A stretch of DNA of 64,000 nt. Source: a virus. Taxonomy: Duplodnaviria; Heunggongvirae; Uroviricota; Caudoviricetes. Shown piece by piece: positions 53,654 through 63,979 of the stretch; positions within the stretch are counted from its first letter, which is position 1, and each line of letters begins with the position of its first letter. A program made the translations under genes and the position numbers. A model generated the notes under the pieces. That model saw only the letters and a list, made by a program, of their open reading frames with translations. It did no database searches and was not told the origin of the DNA. The stretch covers positions 190,911-254,910 of IMG/VR virus record IMGVR_UViG_3300028602_000005. One strand, 5' to 3'.

Positions 53654-55099
53654 TTAAAAATCATAATCTACGAATTTTTGCATTTTTTTAAAGTTTTCTT
53701 CCATTTCTTCTGCAAACCAATGTGTAAAGAAATCTATTATTTCAGATTCTAATTTAATTATTTGAACATTTAATCTTTGATTTGTAAAAATATTTGAAAA
53801 TTTAAGCCTTGAAATTCTTCCAATATAATATCTCATAGCATGACTAAATATCATCTTTGATTTAAAACCAAAAAACTTTTTTGTTTCTGCTGTGTTTATA
53901 AATTTCATTACATCTTTTAAATTATATGTTGTTGCTATAGCAGGTTCTTGTTCTGGATAATATTCCAAAATAGATATTAAATTTTTATATTTTTCTTCAA
54001 ACACATTTTTCATTATATCTTGTAAATAAATTGATAGAGTTAAAGCTTCTTCAGGTGTTACCTTTTCAAAATAATCATAAGGTATTTCTGTTATTTTAGA
54101 TAAAATTGGAAAAACAATACAATTTGAAATTGGTGATATCGCTTTGACATTTTTTAATCTATTTTGAACATTTATTAATTCATCGTCTATAGATTTATTC
54201 ATATTAGATTCAAAATGAGTTCTAATATTTTTTTCTATTTTTTGAAATATTTTATTTTTTGCAATTATTTTTAATCTAGCTAATGTATCATTATATGCAA
54301 ATGTTTTCAAAATATCTTTTGAATTTGAATTGAATAAATCATCAGAAGAAATTTCATCATCATAAATAATAGAATCTTTATAAATAGTCCTCAAAAACCA
54401 TTTTACTGATTCATCAACTACACTTAAAATATAAATAATTGGATTTTTTGTTTCTTCACATAAAATTAAAATATTATTCATAACAAAATTAAATATTTCG
54501 GTAACATGATCATCGATAGATTTACATTGGACGTTTTTAATATATTCCCACATAAATTTATCAGTTATATTATATCTATATGTTTTTGTTTTTATAATTG
54601 TAAATATTTTAGATACAATATTACTATCCATTATTTCTGAACAAATCATATTATAAATAAATTTATGTGATCTGTAGTCTAAACTCAATTGCTCAGAATT
54701 AGATAAAATAGAATATATTTTAAGATATGATGATGTTTTTATTATTAATTCTATTTCATCTGGTGTAAATAAAATACTATTCTTTTTAGATTTACTTTCA
54801 TCTACAAAATCTTCAAAGTTTATATTTTGTTTATCAATAAAATTGTTTACAAATGTTTTAATTTTTTCTATATTTTTTTCTAGAACCTTAAATTTTTCTA
54901 ATTCAGAATAATATTCAATTATGAAATTTTTAAACCAATTTGTAAATTCTTCTGAATCCTCAGACATTCTTTCTATAAATCCTGATATTATATTAAATTT
55001 ATTAGTTAAAGATGTCTGAACAAAATTTAATTCTACTATTTTTTCTTCACCATCAAAAATTGAATATTTTTTAGATTCAATTTGATTAAATTTTATCAT
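53654..55099 (-). CDS. hypothetical helical protein (481 aa)
   Basis: Long ORF with GGAGG RBS; no recognisable motif. Confidence 0.7.
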   Translation of the reverse strand: MIKFNQIESKKYSIFDGEEKIVELNFVQTSLTNKFNIISGFIERMSEDSEEFTNWFKNFIIEYYSELEKFKVLEKNIEKIKTFVNNFIDKQNINFEDFVDESKSKKNSILFTPDEIELIIKTSSYLKIYSILSNSEQLSLDYRSHKFIYNMICSEIMDSNIVSKIFTIIKTKTYRYNITDKFMWEYIKNVQCKSIDDHVTEIFNFVMNNILILCEETKNPIIYILSVVDESVKWFLRTIYKDSIIYDDEISSDDLFNSNSKDILKTFAYNDTLARLKIIAKNKIFQKIEKNIRTHFESNMNKSIDDELINVQNRLKNVKAISPISNCIVFPILSKITEIPYDYFEKVTPEEALTLSIYLQDIMKNVFEEKYKNLISILEYYPEQEPAIATTYNLKDVMKFINTAETKKFFGFKSKMIFSHAMRYYIGRISRLKFSNIFTNQRLNVQIIKLESEIIDFFTHWFAEEMEENFKKMQKFVDYDF

Positions 55100-55163
55100 A
55101 TATTTCCTCCATTCATGATTTTTAACGCAAAATATTTGTAAAAATAATTTTTTTTGTTTTTTT

Positions 55164-55886
55164 TTAAAGAATAACTTGAGATGATTCTTTTAGATAAAGA
55201 CTGGATTGAGTTATTTTATTTGAAAGATCATTATAAATGATATCTACTGTATTTACTGTTTTTTTTATATTTTCAACATTAACTGGATTTAATCCTTCAA
55301 TACTATTTAAAAAAGCATCTGTATCAAATGCTCCTGTATCGTTTCTAATATAAACAACATCAAGAAATGAATTTAAAACGCTTAATCTACTAGCAATTGT
55401 ATATCCACAAAGACTACTTAAACAACCAAGGGCAGAATTCAATTTACTTAAATAATCTGATATTCCTAAACCTTCAATACCCTCTTTATGAAGTCTTATA
55501 TAATCAGATGCTTGAAATTCTGGCATTCCCGATGTAAAATCACTTATCGTCGTTCTTAAAATACTTGACGCATTATTATATAATGATCTAGATAAAGCTG
55601 ATGGATATTTTAATGTCTCATGATTAGTTAAAAAATTACAACTAGCTATTATATCAGCTATTTCATCGAACTCATTTAAATTTGGAAGAAGTAAAGAACT
55701 ATTCAAAAGTAAATTATTACACATACCGTCTATTATTTCAGATGGTGAAAAACTTAAATTTTTTATAAATTCTTTTATTGTTTCTAAAGTTGATGAAAGT
55801 TTTCCTTGAAAACTAACTAATTCATCTAAAAACCCATCAGTCTCTCCCGCAATTTTACTACAAATAGCAGATTTAATCAATGACAT
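55164..55886 (-). CDS. hypothetical protein, probably virion-associated
   Basis: Coupled to the baseplate spike gene; Ser/Leu-rich. Confidence 0.55.
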   Translation of the reverse strand: MSLIKSAICSKIAGETDGFLDELVSFQGKLSSTLETIKEFIKNLSFSPSEIIDGMCNNLLLNSSLLLPNLNEFDEIADIIASCNFLTNHETLKYPSALSRSLYNNASSILRTTISDFTSGMPEFQASDYIRLHKEGIEGLGISDYLSKLNSALGCLSSLCGYTIASRLSVLNSFLDVVYIRNDTGAFDTDAFLNSIEGLNPVNVENIKKTVNTVDIIYNDLSNKITQSSLYLKESSQVIL

Positions 55887-56902
55887 TAATCTCTTTCTCC
55901 TTCTGGATTTGAATCTTCAGTTTCGTTTGGAATTTCTGAATTATCAGCAGTCTCTGGTGAAATACCATAATAACCAAAAATTATAGATCCACCTTCTGGA
56001 CAAACTCCCACTAAGCCATTAGTATGTATCATTGAACCTATTATATTCATATAATTGTTTGATTCCAAAGACATAGAATCATTTGATTTTAAACTCATTT
56101 TTTCATTTGATTCTATTTTAACTTTTTTACTGGATTTTATATTTACATCGCTTGATGATGCCATTTTTGAATTACCATTCGATCTTTGATTAAAAGAACC
56201 ACCTTGTTGTGTATTTAAATCTCCACTTGCTTTTATATTTATATCATCTAAAGCTTGAATATTTATAGAAGAATTTGACTTTAAATTTATATCACCATAA
56301 AATGAAATATCTAATTTTCTTTCTTCTATATTTATATTAATAAAATCTCCTTTATGGGTTCTTATAAGCAATTTTTCCTTACCAGATCTTTCATCTAGTA
56401 AAATAGTAGTTTGATTATCATCAATTTTAAAAACAGATTCTATGTCACCTTCTGGTGGATCTTTTATTAATCTCTTTTTTCCAGTAATTTCAACTCTTTC
56501 ATCATCCACATCATCAGATACTACAATACATCTTCCACTTTTAGATTTTAAAATTACCCATTTATCTGAATAATTTGTTCCAGTCTGAACTTCAGGAAGT
56601 GTTTTTGATGTAGCAACTTCTAATGATCCGAAATAAAAAGGTCTTGATGGTATACCTGCTTCAAAAAATATCCAAACATATGATCCTATTCTAGGTATAT
56701 AAGATGTTCCAGAATATGATGAATTTTCATTTTCGTTATTTCTTCCACCTACTTGATTATTTGCCGAAAATGCCCAAATTCCATACTGTTTATCTATATC
56801 AGGCATAAGATCAGGAATCCATACTTTTATTCTACCGTAATATGAAGGATCTCTATTATCAACAACTAAAGCTCTATAGTTTCCATAATATCTTTTTTCC
56901 AT
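55886..56902 (-). CDS. baseplate hub/spike protein (gp5/VgrG-like)
   Basis: YRALVVDNRDP..GRIKVWIP..WA..PRIGSYVWIFFEAG..RP OB-fold followed by 8-residue beta-helix repeats. Confidence 0.85.
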   Translation of the reverse strand: MEKRYYGNYRALVVDNRDPSYYGRIKVWIPDLMPDIDKQYGIWAFSANNQVGGRNNENENSSYSGTSYIPRIGSYVWIFFEAGIPSRPFYFGSLEVATSKTLPEVQTGTNYSDKWVILKSKSGRCIVVSDDVDDERVEITGKKRLIKDPPEGDIESVFKIDDNQTTILLDERSGKEKLLIRTHKGDFININIEERKLDISFYGDINLKSNSSINIQALDDINIKASGDLNTQQGGSFNQRSNGNSKMASSSDVNIKSSKKVKIESNEKMSLKSNDSMSLESNNYMNIIGSMIHTNGLVGVCPEGGSIIFGYYGISPETADNSEIPNETEDSNPEGERD

Positions 56903-56909
56903 TAGATTT

Positions 56910-57806
56910 CTATTTCCTAAAAGCTAGTTTTGCAATTTTTATAATTTTATTATATTCCTCATCATTATAACCATGAATAAAAGTGGGTACGATATTAGAA
57001 CTTGTGATATTTGATGTTACCATTACTGAAAGAAATCTAGATAAATCTTCTAATGCTGGAAGAAAATTTATAGATAAAAGTTTTAAAATTCTTGAACTAA
57101 AACTATATTTATCTATTCCTGAGAGAACACCAAAAACTGAAAGAGATTTAATAAAATCTTCTATTTTAGTAAAGTCAAATTCATCTAACCTTTCTCCAAA
57201 ATCTGTATATTTAACAGTTGATATCACACTTGATCTTATATAAGAATCTTTTTTACTCACATCAAAAAATGATTGTAAAATATAACAAGATAAAAGAAAT
57301 TTCAATCTTATAATTTCATTTGAAAAACTTCCTAATAATCCGTATTCTTTTCCAAATAATCTAACAAAAACTGTCAATAAAAAATTAACAATAACAGCAA
57401 ATTGTGAAGGAACAGGAATATATTTCTTAGTTACAATATTTCTAAAGCATATCGCATAAACCATTGAAGCGTAAATATTCATTGGATCAGGATCTGATGG
57501 ATAAATGTCAGTAACACCAAATGGTGATATATTCAAAACCATTTGTTTAGTTGGAATATTATATGAAACATGTAAATTATATGTCGGCATATTAATAACA
57601 GAAATTCCACTTCTCTTTTCTTTACTATCAAGTTCAGCATAAACAAAAGGTTTTGTAAAGTGATTTATTTTATATTCCATTAATTCTAAAACTCTATAAA
57701 TCTTTTGTGATCCATTAACTATTTCAAACGCCTTAATTTTTTGAGAAGATAAGTTTAAAACATTAGGTACATTTCTTAAAAGTGAAAAATTTTCTTTTAC
57801 ATTCAT
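56910..57806 (-). CDS. hypothetical protein, structural-gene cluster
   Basis: 298-aa ORF with TAATG coupling. Confidence 0.65.
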   Translation of the reverse strand: MNVKENFSLLRNVPNVLNLSSQKIKAFEIVNGSQKIYRVLELMEYKINHFTKPFVYAELDSKEKRSGISVINMPTYNLHVSYNIPTKQMVLNISPFGVTDIYPSDPDPMNIYASMVYAICFRNIVTKKYIPVPSQFAVIVNFLLTVFVRLFGKEYGLLGSFSNEIIRLKFLLSCYILQSFFDVSKKDSYIRSSVISTVKYTDFGERLDEFDFTKIEDFIKSLSVFGVLSGIDKYSFSSRILKLLSINFLPALEDLSRFLSVMVTSNITSSNIVPTFIHGYNDEEYNKIIKIAKLAFRK

Positions 57807-58195
57807 TAAATATTTATCTCCTCTAATGAATTTTTATCAACTTTAGAATATTTATCATAACAAATTTCAACAATAGCATCCTTTTCTGGAATAATTACAT
57901 TAATTAAATCAAAATCCTCAATTTTATAAACAAAATTTACATACATTAATAAATAATCCAAAGTAACAGTTCCATATTCATCAAATGATAAATAATCAGG
58001 TTTCATTTTATAAATTGATTTAAATTCTTCTTTTCTTGAATTTTTTAAAAGAAAAAATAAATTTTTTTCAATTGTCCAAAGACTAGGTGAAGTAAATGTA
58101 TAAATTCCACTAGATGTTTTATATCTTTTAGAAAAATAATCTTGATTAGTAGCTAATCTAATTCTTGATTTTGATTCATCTTCAATGGTTATCAT
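57806..58195 (-). CDS. baseplate wedge gp53/LysM-like protein
   Basis: YKMKPDYLSFDEYGT..LLMYVN pattern. Confidence 0.65.
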   Translation of the reverse strand: MITIEDESKSRIRLATNQDYFSKRYKTSSGIYTFTSPSLWTIEKNLFFLLKNSRKEEFKSIYKMKPDYLSFDEYGTVTLDYLLMYVNFVYKIEDFDLINVIIPEKDAIVEICYDKYSKVDKNSLEEINI

Positions 58196-58209
58196 TATTT
58201 TAATTTACC

Positions 58210-58872
58210 TTATTTTAATCCAGGATAATCATTTCTATGCCATTCTTGATCAAATTTTGATATCGATAATCTTTCATTTATAATATTATTATCATCATCA
58301 TCTAAATATTTACTATAATCTTTTAAAAATTCCATATAATTACCTAAAATTAACTCTCTGGGAATTCTTAATAAATTATTATGAAATTTTTCATGCATAC
58401 TTGAAATTAATGCCACATAACCTATTTTATTTTGATAATGTAATTGAATACATTCCGAACAAATATCGAAAGTACAAAATTCAATTCCACCGTCTATATT
58501 TTTATTTATTATACTTTTTACTACTGAATATAAAGAAGGAATATGATGATGAATTTCAACCGTACATGCTTCTCTATTTTCTTTAGTAATGGCACAGTAA
58601 TTTATATTTAAAACATCAGTAATATATTGTCTCCATTCTTTATATTCATTACTCCCTCTAATAAGTTTTTCACAATTCTTCGTAAATTTATTATATTCTG
58701 ATTCATTTTCAAAAGCCTTTATTCTTAAAGATAATTTTAAAGGATATTGATTACTTTTTAAGGTATTTTCTTCAATATCAGAATCTATATCACCAATTGG
58801 AATATCATCTAAATCGATAATTGAATTTAAATCTATCTCTTTGTTTATTACATCCATATTTATAGATTCCAT
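58210..58872 (-). CDS. HNH-fold protein
   Basis: CAIT..EIHHH..SMHEKFHN. Confidence 0.6.
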   Translation of the reverse strand: MESINMDVINKEIDLNSIIDLDDIPIGDIDSDIEENTLKSNQYPLKLSLRIKAFENESEYNKFTKNCEKLIRGSNEYKEWRQYITDVLNINYCAITKENREACTVEIHHHIPSLYSVVKSIINKNIDGGIEFCTFDICSECIQLHYQNKIGYVALISSMHEKFHNNLLRIPRELILGNYMEFLKDYSKYLDDDDNNIINERLSISKFDQEWHRNDYPGLK

Positions 58873-58884
58873 TTTAATAAATCC

Positions 58885-60132
58885 TTATTTTTTAAATAAA
58901 TTTCTACCATTTACAGACATTTTGAAAAATGGACTTGCTGATTTTCTAACATCCTCAAGATTTGCATAAACTCTGTGAGCATCTCTAGATATACTGACAT
59001 ATAGGAAATCATATGCTACAGAAGAACACATACCATTAAATTCTTTCATACAAAAAGTAGCTCTTTTATTAATATCATCTGCCACTATTAAAGAAGACCA
59101 TCCCATTCCAAATAAATTTGATACAGTATTTGGATTTAATTCTATATTATTTTCAATATCTGACTTATTTAAAAGAAGAAAAATATTTTTACCATGTTGT
59201 GTACTAGAAAAAAGAATTGCTTTCTCAGGATCATCATTTATAACTCCACCTGATAATTTAGGCAATTTAAATTTATTAGCCATTTTATAAAATAGAGATG
59301 CTCCTTTTCTAAAATGTTTATTAACTAATTTTTCAAAACCTTTTAGTCTTAAATCTGTATTCATCATTTTTAAAATATTTGAATCTGTATTTATTTCAAA
59401 AGGAACAACTTTAATACCTATAATTCTTGTTCCTTTTCTAGTTGATGCAGTAACATACGTAGGTTCTATATTAATACTTGTTTGTGAATGAAATTCCAAA
59501 TCTACTTTTGCATCAGTTTTTGAATCCAATAATTTTAAAAATTCTTTTGCTTTTTCTAATTTCGCTTTTTCATCATCTAATCTAAGTTTTTCCCTGTCTA
59601 TTGCTGCTTTTTCCACTGAATTAGTATTTTTATAATTTTTCAATTTTTCAATTTGACTTTGTTGATATTTTATATCATTTTCTCTATCTTTAAGAGATTT
59701 TTCTATTCCATATATATAAGATTTCACTTTTTTAGGATCATTGTCAAAGTTATTAAAAAATTCTTGATCAGATTTAGATATTTCACTTAATATTGACATA
59801 TGATTTGGAAATAAATTATAATTTTCTAAATTATTAACAAATTCTTCATGATTTATAAACAAAGATTTAAAATCATTTGTATTTTCATCTTTTAAAAACA
59901 ATTCTTCATGATTCTGAAATAGACTTTCACCTTCTTCTACTTTTTTTGCTAATACTGTAGCTGCGGTAGCTGCTATTTGAATGCCTTGTGCTGCTATACC
60001 TGCGGCATTAATAGTTTCTAAAACAGAATCTAATTTATATATTAAAATAAATTTTTCCAATGTTTTACATATTCCAGGAATAATATTTGGTGAAACTGAT
60101 TTAGACATTAATAAAGGAAATAAGACTATCAT
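58885..60132 (-). CDS. hypothetical protein, possibly virion structural
   Basis: 415-aa ORF with Ala-rich and coiled-coil segments. Confidence 0.6.
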   Translation of the reverse strand: MIVLFPLLMSKSVSPNIIPGICKTLEKFILIYKLDSVLETINAAGIAAQGIQIAATAATVLAKKVEEGESLFQNHEELFLKDENTNDFKSLFINHEEFVNNLENYNLFPNHMSILSEISKSDQEFFNNFDNDPKKVKSYIYGIEKSLKDRENDIKYQQSQIEKLKNYKNTNSVEKAAIDREKLRLDDEKAKLEKAKEFLKLLDSKTDAKVDLEFHSQTSINIEPTYVTASTRKGTRIIGIKVVPFEINTDSNILKMMNTDLRLKGFEKLVNKHFRKGASLFYKMANKFKLPKLSGGVINDDPEKAILFSSTQHGKNIFLLLNKSDIENNIELNPNTVSNLFGMGWSSLIVADDINKRATFCMKEFNGMCSSVAYDFLYVSISRDAHRVYANLEDVRKSASPFFKMSVNGRNLFKK

Positions 60133-60146
60133 GATTTAAACCCTCG

Positions 60147-61013
60147 TTAAATTTTAAAATTAAATTCTTTTTTTATCTGTACTTTTTTAATTTTTGGTTC
60201 TAATTTATCATTTTTACAATGAACCGAATAATGACAATCATTACATAAATTTTTATCAGTATATTCCAAAGATGGTGGAATTTTATTATTTATAGCTTTT
60301 AATAATATCTTAGATTTATATATTAATTTTTCAGCTAATTTTTTATCATATTTTAAATCAAAAGATAAAGGATCTGAATAAATTTTATCTATAAATTTAT
60401 AAATTATAGTTATTTCATTTATTTTATATCCAAGTTCTTCATTTAAAATAAAAGAAAAAACTAATCCTTCATAATAATGTTTATCTAAATATTTTCCATT
60501 AAAAAATTTTGATTGAATAACTCGTATTAAAAATATAATATTATTGTTTAATGCGTCAACAGAGTCTTTTATATTAAAATTTTCACTTATTATTATTTTT
60601 TCTTTTTCCTTAAAATCATAATCGTTTACTATACTTTCAGCTATTTTATTTTTTAATATATTAACTAATTTAATATATGGTTCTTTGAAAACTTTATCTT
60701 CTTCAAATTTATATTTCATTCTCATAAAAAATGATTTTCTAATACATCCAGAAATAATTTCATTAACACTTATATATGGCTTTTCGAAACTATTACTATT
60801 TATATAATTTTTAATTAAAGATTCTCTTGATATTTTTTTATATTTATCCAAATCAAAATTAGAGCTATTATATTTGAATTCTTCATCTAATTTTAGATCA
60901 AAATTTTTTTTATCTTCTTTTAAAACTGAGATTTCTTTAACTGGACTTTTAGAATTATTCAAATTTTTATTTTTATCTAAATATTCTAAAAGTCCAGAAA
61001 ATTCATTAATCAT
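60147..61013 (-). CDS. Cas4-like Fe-S PD-(D/E)XK-fold protein, catalytic motif degenerate
   Basis: ISVNEI..GCIRKSFF and C-terminal CNDCHYSVHC give four Cys; DSVDAL present but no ExK. Confidence 0.65.
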   Translation of the reverse strand: MINEFSGLLEYLDKNKNLNNSKSPVKEISVLKEDKKNFDLKLDEEFKYNSSNFDLDKYKKISRESLIKNYINSNSFEKPYISVNEIISGCIRKSFFMRMKYKFEEDKVFKEPYIKLVNILKNKIAESIVNDYDFKEKEKIIISENFNIKDSVDALNNNIIFLIRVIQSKFFNGKYLDKHYYEGLVFSFILNEELGYKINEITIIYKFIDKIYSDPLSFDLKYDKKLAEKLIYKSKILLKAINNKIPPSLEYTDKNLCNDCHYSVHCKNDKLEPKIKKVQIKKEFNFKI

Positions 61014-61580
61014 TTATATGAGGCCATCTTTTATAATAAATATAGCAGTATTTATAAGTTCTTCTTTCAAAAATTTATATGAATCTTCTAAAATTCTTCC
61101 TTCCCATTCATTTATTTGTTTATAATCTTTTGATTCATTTAACATACTTTTAATGAGAAGATTATCTAAAGCAATACCAAAAGATTTAAAAAGAATTTCA
61201 TGCTCAACAATTTTTTCAGGTTCTATTTCAGAATCTTTATTTTCTTTAATAATTTGTCTAATTCTTTCCCTTATGTAATCTTTTGAACCTTCATTTTTTA
61301 ATATTTTTTTTGATTCATTTATACAATTACTTGCTATTTTAGATGCATTTTCTATTAAAGATTTTCTTTTTATACTAAAATCTTTATTAATTTTAGGTGA
61401 ATATTCGACCAATCTATACATTTCACCAAGAACGGAAAGAAGATTTCCTTTTATAGTTACATATTCCTCTTGAAAAACAGGGCAACAAACTTCCACTTCT
61501 GAAAGTTTTTTACCTAAAAGAATATAATCTATAGCATAAAAATTTTCTATTATTTTTACTTTTGCCTCATTTGCTAACAT
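61014..61580 (-). CDS. hypothetical protein
   Basis: 188 aa, GGAGG RBS. Confidence 0.65.
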   Translation of the reverse strand: MLANEAKVKIIENFYAIDYILLGKKLSEVEVCCPVFQEEYVTIKGNLLSVLGEMYRLVEYSPKINKDFSIKRKSLIENASKIASNCINESKKILKNEGSKDYIRERIRQIIKENKDSEIEPEKIVEHEILFKSFGIALDNLLIKSMLNESKDYKQINEWEGRILEDSYKFLKEELINTAIFIIKDGLI

Positions 61581-61606
61581 TTTAGGATTCCTCCATTTAA
61601 TTACAT

Positions 61607-61897
61607 TTAATCTTTTCTATTAAAATTTGAATCTTCATCTTCTATAATCTCAATACTAATACTTCTTTTATCTTCTGGAAATTTAGTATTCTTTATAGCA
61701 GATGTAATAATATTTAGAGAATCAATATTTCTTCCTTTTTTTCCAATAATTTTTCCCAAATCCGATTTATCTGCCTGAACTTGAATAATAACATTTTTAG
61801 TTGAAACATTAACATCTACCTTAACAGAATTAGAATCATCTACCATTTTTTTAACAGTGTCTTCTACGAAGTTACCAATTGTTTCAATAATTCCCAT
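61607..61897 (-). CDS. khpA: KH-domain RNA-binding protein (KhpA/UPF0109)
   Basis: DLGKIIGKKGRNIDSL GxxG loop and single-KH length. Confidence 0.85.
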   Translation of the reverse strand: MGIIETIGNFVEDTVKKMVDDSNSVKVDVNVSTKNVIIQVQADKSDLGKIIGKKGRNIDSLNIITSAIKNTKFPEDKRSISIEIIEDEDSNFNRKD

Positions 61898-61966
61898 AAA
61901 CCTTTACTCCTTTATCTCTAATATATTTTCTTTTTATTTTGTTCTAAAAAATTTTCAATATTATTC

Positions 61967-63328
61967 TTATGAAATTTCTTCTTCTTCTGAAAGATCATCA
62001 TCATTTTTATCTAAAATAAAACCATCATCTTCCATAATATCAGGATCATATTTTTCAACAATTTCTTTTTGAATTGAATCTTTAACTAATTCATCATATG
62101 CTCCTCTAAAAACATCATCTGTTTTATATAAATATTCAGCTTCTTTAGTTCTAAATTTTCTTTCAGGCATATTTAAAAGACTATTCCAAGCACTAGTTAA
62201 AATTCTTTCTTGCTTTACTAAAAATAAATAATTTGTCCAAAAATTAGAAAATCCAGTTTTAAAATTTCCAGCTATGAAAAATGGTATATTTGGAGTAAAA
62301 GCCTTATTTTTAACAGCAGATATTTGTGAAATAAACCCATTAAATCCATATTTCTTTTCTTCTGCTTTTTCCTTAAATTTCATTTCTAATAAATGAAAAG
62401 CATTAAATTTAGCAGCATTTCCTCCAGGCATTGTTTTTCCGAAAGATAAGAAACTAAGATCTCTAGCTTTTCTAACTCCGCCTATACTTATTTCATCTCT
62501 TAACTGATTTATTGCAATTAAACAAATATTGAATTCTGCTATTTTTGAAACGTATTTTGGAATAAGCATAGATAAAATTCTTCCTTTAAGACCTATTACC
62601 TTATTTGGATCATCTACCTCCATTTCAGCTTCACTTAAAGTATTAGCTATTGAATCCCATATTATTAAAGAAGGAGAATCAATTAAATTATTTTGAAGTT
62701 TAAATAAACATAAACCTTCTATATATTTGAAAACTCTTTCGATAGTAATAGATTCTGAAAAAGGTTTTATTGGTGGATTGTTAACTCCTAAATTATATAA
62801 TCTTCTTTTTGTTGTAGCTACTTCTGAGTCTAGATAACCTATTAATATTTTTCCATTATATTTTTCTTGTGTTTTTGCAATTGATTTAATTCCTAAAGTA
62901 CTTTTTCCAGATCCAGGAGATCCAACAATAACTGAAAATGTTCCAGATACAAAACCTCCTCCTAAATATGCATCCAAAACATCAAGACCTGAAGGAATTA
63001 TATCTCTTTCTTTTTTAGACTCAATCATACCAACTGTTTTTTCAAGAAAGAAATTAAACTCTTGATACATTTCTTCTACTGTTGGTTCCAATTTAATCAC
63101 TTCTTCATCTGACATTTGATTTAATTCAGATTGTGTTGGATTATCTTTCTTTGATTTTCTACCTCTTTTCTTAGGAATATCCTCTTTCTTTATTTCAATT
63201 TTTTCCATTATTTTTTCTTCATTAAATTCTACATTATCAAATTCTTCATTATTTTCTTCTTTATAATCTTCTTCTTCTTCGTTTAAGTTTTCTACTTCTT
63301 CACTATCCCCAAACTGTTTAGTCATCAA
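61967..63328 (-). CDS. recA: RecA/UvsX recombinase with acidic N-terminal extension
   Basis: SGLDVLDAYLGGG, GSPGSGKST, IIWDSIA, INQLR, PGGNAAKF, KNK. Confidence 0.9.
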   Translation of the reverse strand: MMTKQFGDSEEVENLNEEEEDYKEENNEEFDNVEFNEEKIMEKIEIKKEDIPKKRGRKSKKDNPTQSELNQMSDEEVIKLEPTVEEMYQEFNFFLEKTVGMIESKKERDIIPSGLDVLDAYLGGGFVSGTFSVIVGSPGSGKSTLGIKSIAKTQEKYNGKILIGYLDSEVATTKRRLYNLGVNNPPIKPFSESITIERVFKYIEGLCLFKLQNNLIDSPSLIIWDSIANTLSEAEMEVDDPNKVIGLKGRILSMLIPKYVSKIAEFNICLIAINQLRDEISIGGVRKARDLSFLSFGKTMPGGNAAKFNAFHLLEMKFKEKAEEKKYGFNGFISQISAVKNKAFTPNIPFFIAGNFKTGFSNFWTNYLFLVKQERILTSAWNSLLNMPERKFRTKEAEYLYKTDDVFRGAYDELVKDSIQKEIVEKYDPDIMEDDGFILDKNDDDLSEEEEIS

Positions 63329-63330
63329 AA

Positions 63331-63741
63331 TTATCCTTTCTTATTAAATTCAATCACTTTTTTTTCAGTTTCATCCTGGAATTTTTTAACCTTTTTTGCT
63401 AAATCTCTAACATTTATTTTGTCTAAAATCTCAGAAAAATCATCAACATTTTTAACTTTATTTCTCAAATCAATTTCATCTTTTATACTTTTAATAAGTT
63501 CCTTTCTAATTTCTAAAATAGATTTAAACAATTCAGTAACTGTTTTTACCTTTTCTTGAAGGAATAGAATATTTCTTGCATTTAATGTTTCTGGAAACAA
63601 CTCAGAAATACTTTTTTTAATTATCGTCAATTCATCTATCATTTTAGATAATTCTATTCTCTCATTACCAAACATATCTATAAGATTACTTATTTTTTTA
63701 TTTTGCTCTAATACCTCTATATTTTCATATTTTTCTTCCAT
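63331..63741 (-). CDS. hypothetical coiled-coil protein
   Basis: 136-aa ORF with AGGA RBS. Confidence 0.6.
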   Translation of the reverse strand: MEEKYENIEVLEQNKKISNLIDMFGNERIELSKMIDELTIIKKSISELFPETLNARNILFLQEKVKTVTELFKSILEIRKELIKSIKDEIDLRNKVKNVDDFSEILDKINVRDLAKKVKKFQDETEKKVIEFNKKG

Positions 63742-63754
63742 TTAATTAATCCTA

Positions 63755-63979
63755 TTATCCATGAATTATTTCCATTTTTCCAGTTTTATTTTCAGAATTA
63801 ACTAATTTTCCCTTTAAATCTTCAAACTCACCCCTTTCATTTACTAAATCACAAATAAATTTAGTTTTTCTATTTTTATCGAATCCAGCACATCCACTAT
63901 TATAAGCAGATGAATTCTTATTATATGGACAATTTCTCCCAAAAGGACAAACTTCATTTTCACTTAAATATAAAGACAT
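63755..63979 (-). CDS. small Cys-rich protein
   Basis: CPFGRNCPY..C..C; AAGGAG RBS. Confidence 0.6.
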   Translation of the reverse strand: MSLYLSENEVCPFGRNCPYNKNSSAYNSGCAGFDKNRKTKFICDLVNERGEFEDLKGKLVNSENKTGKMEIIHG

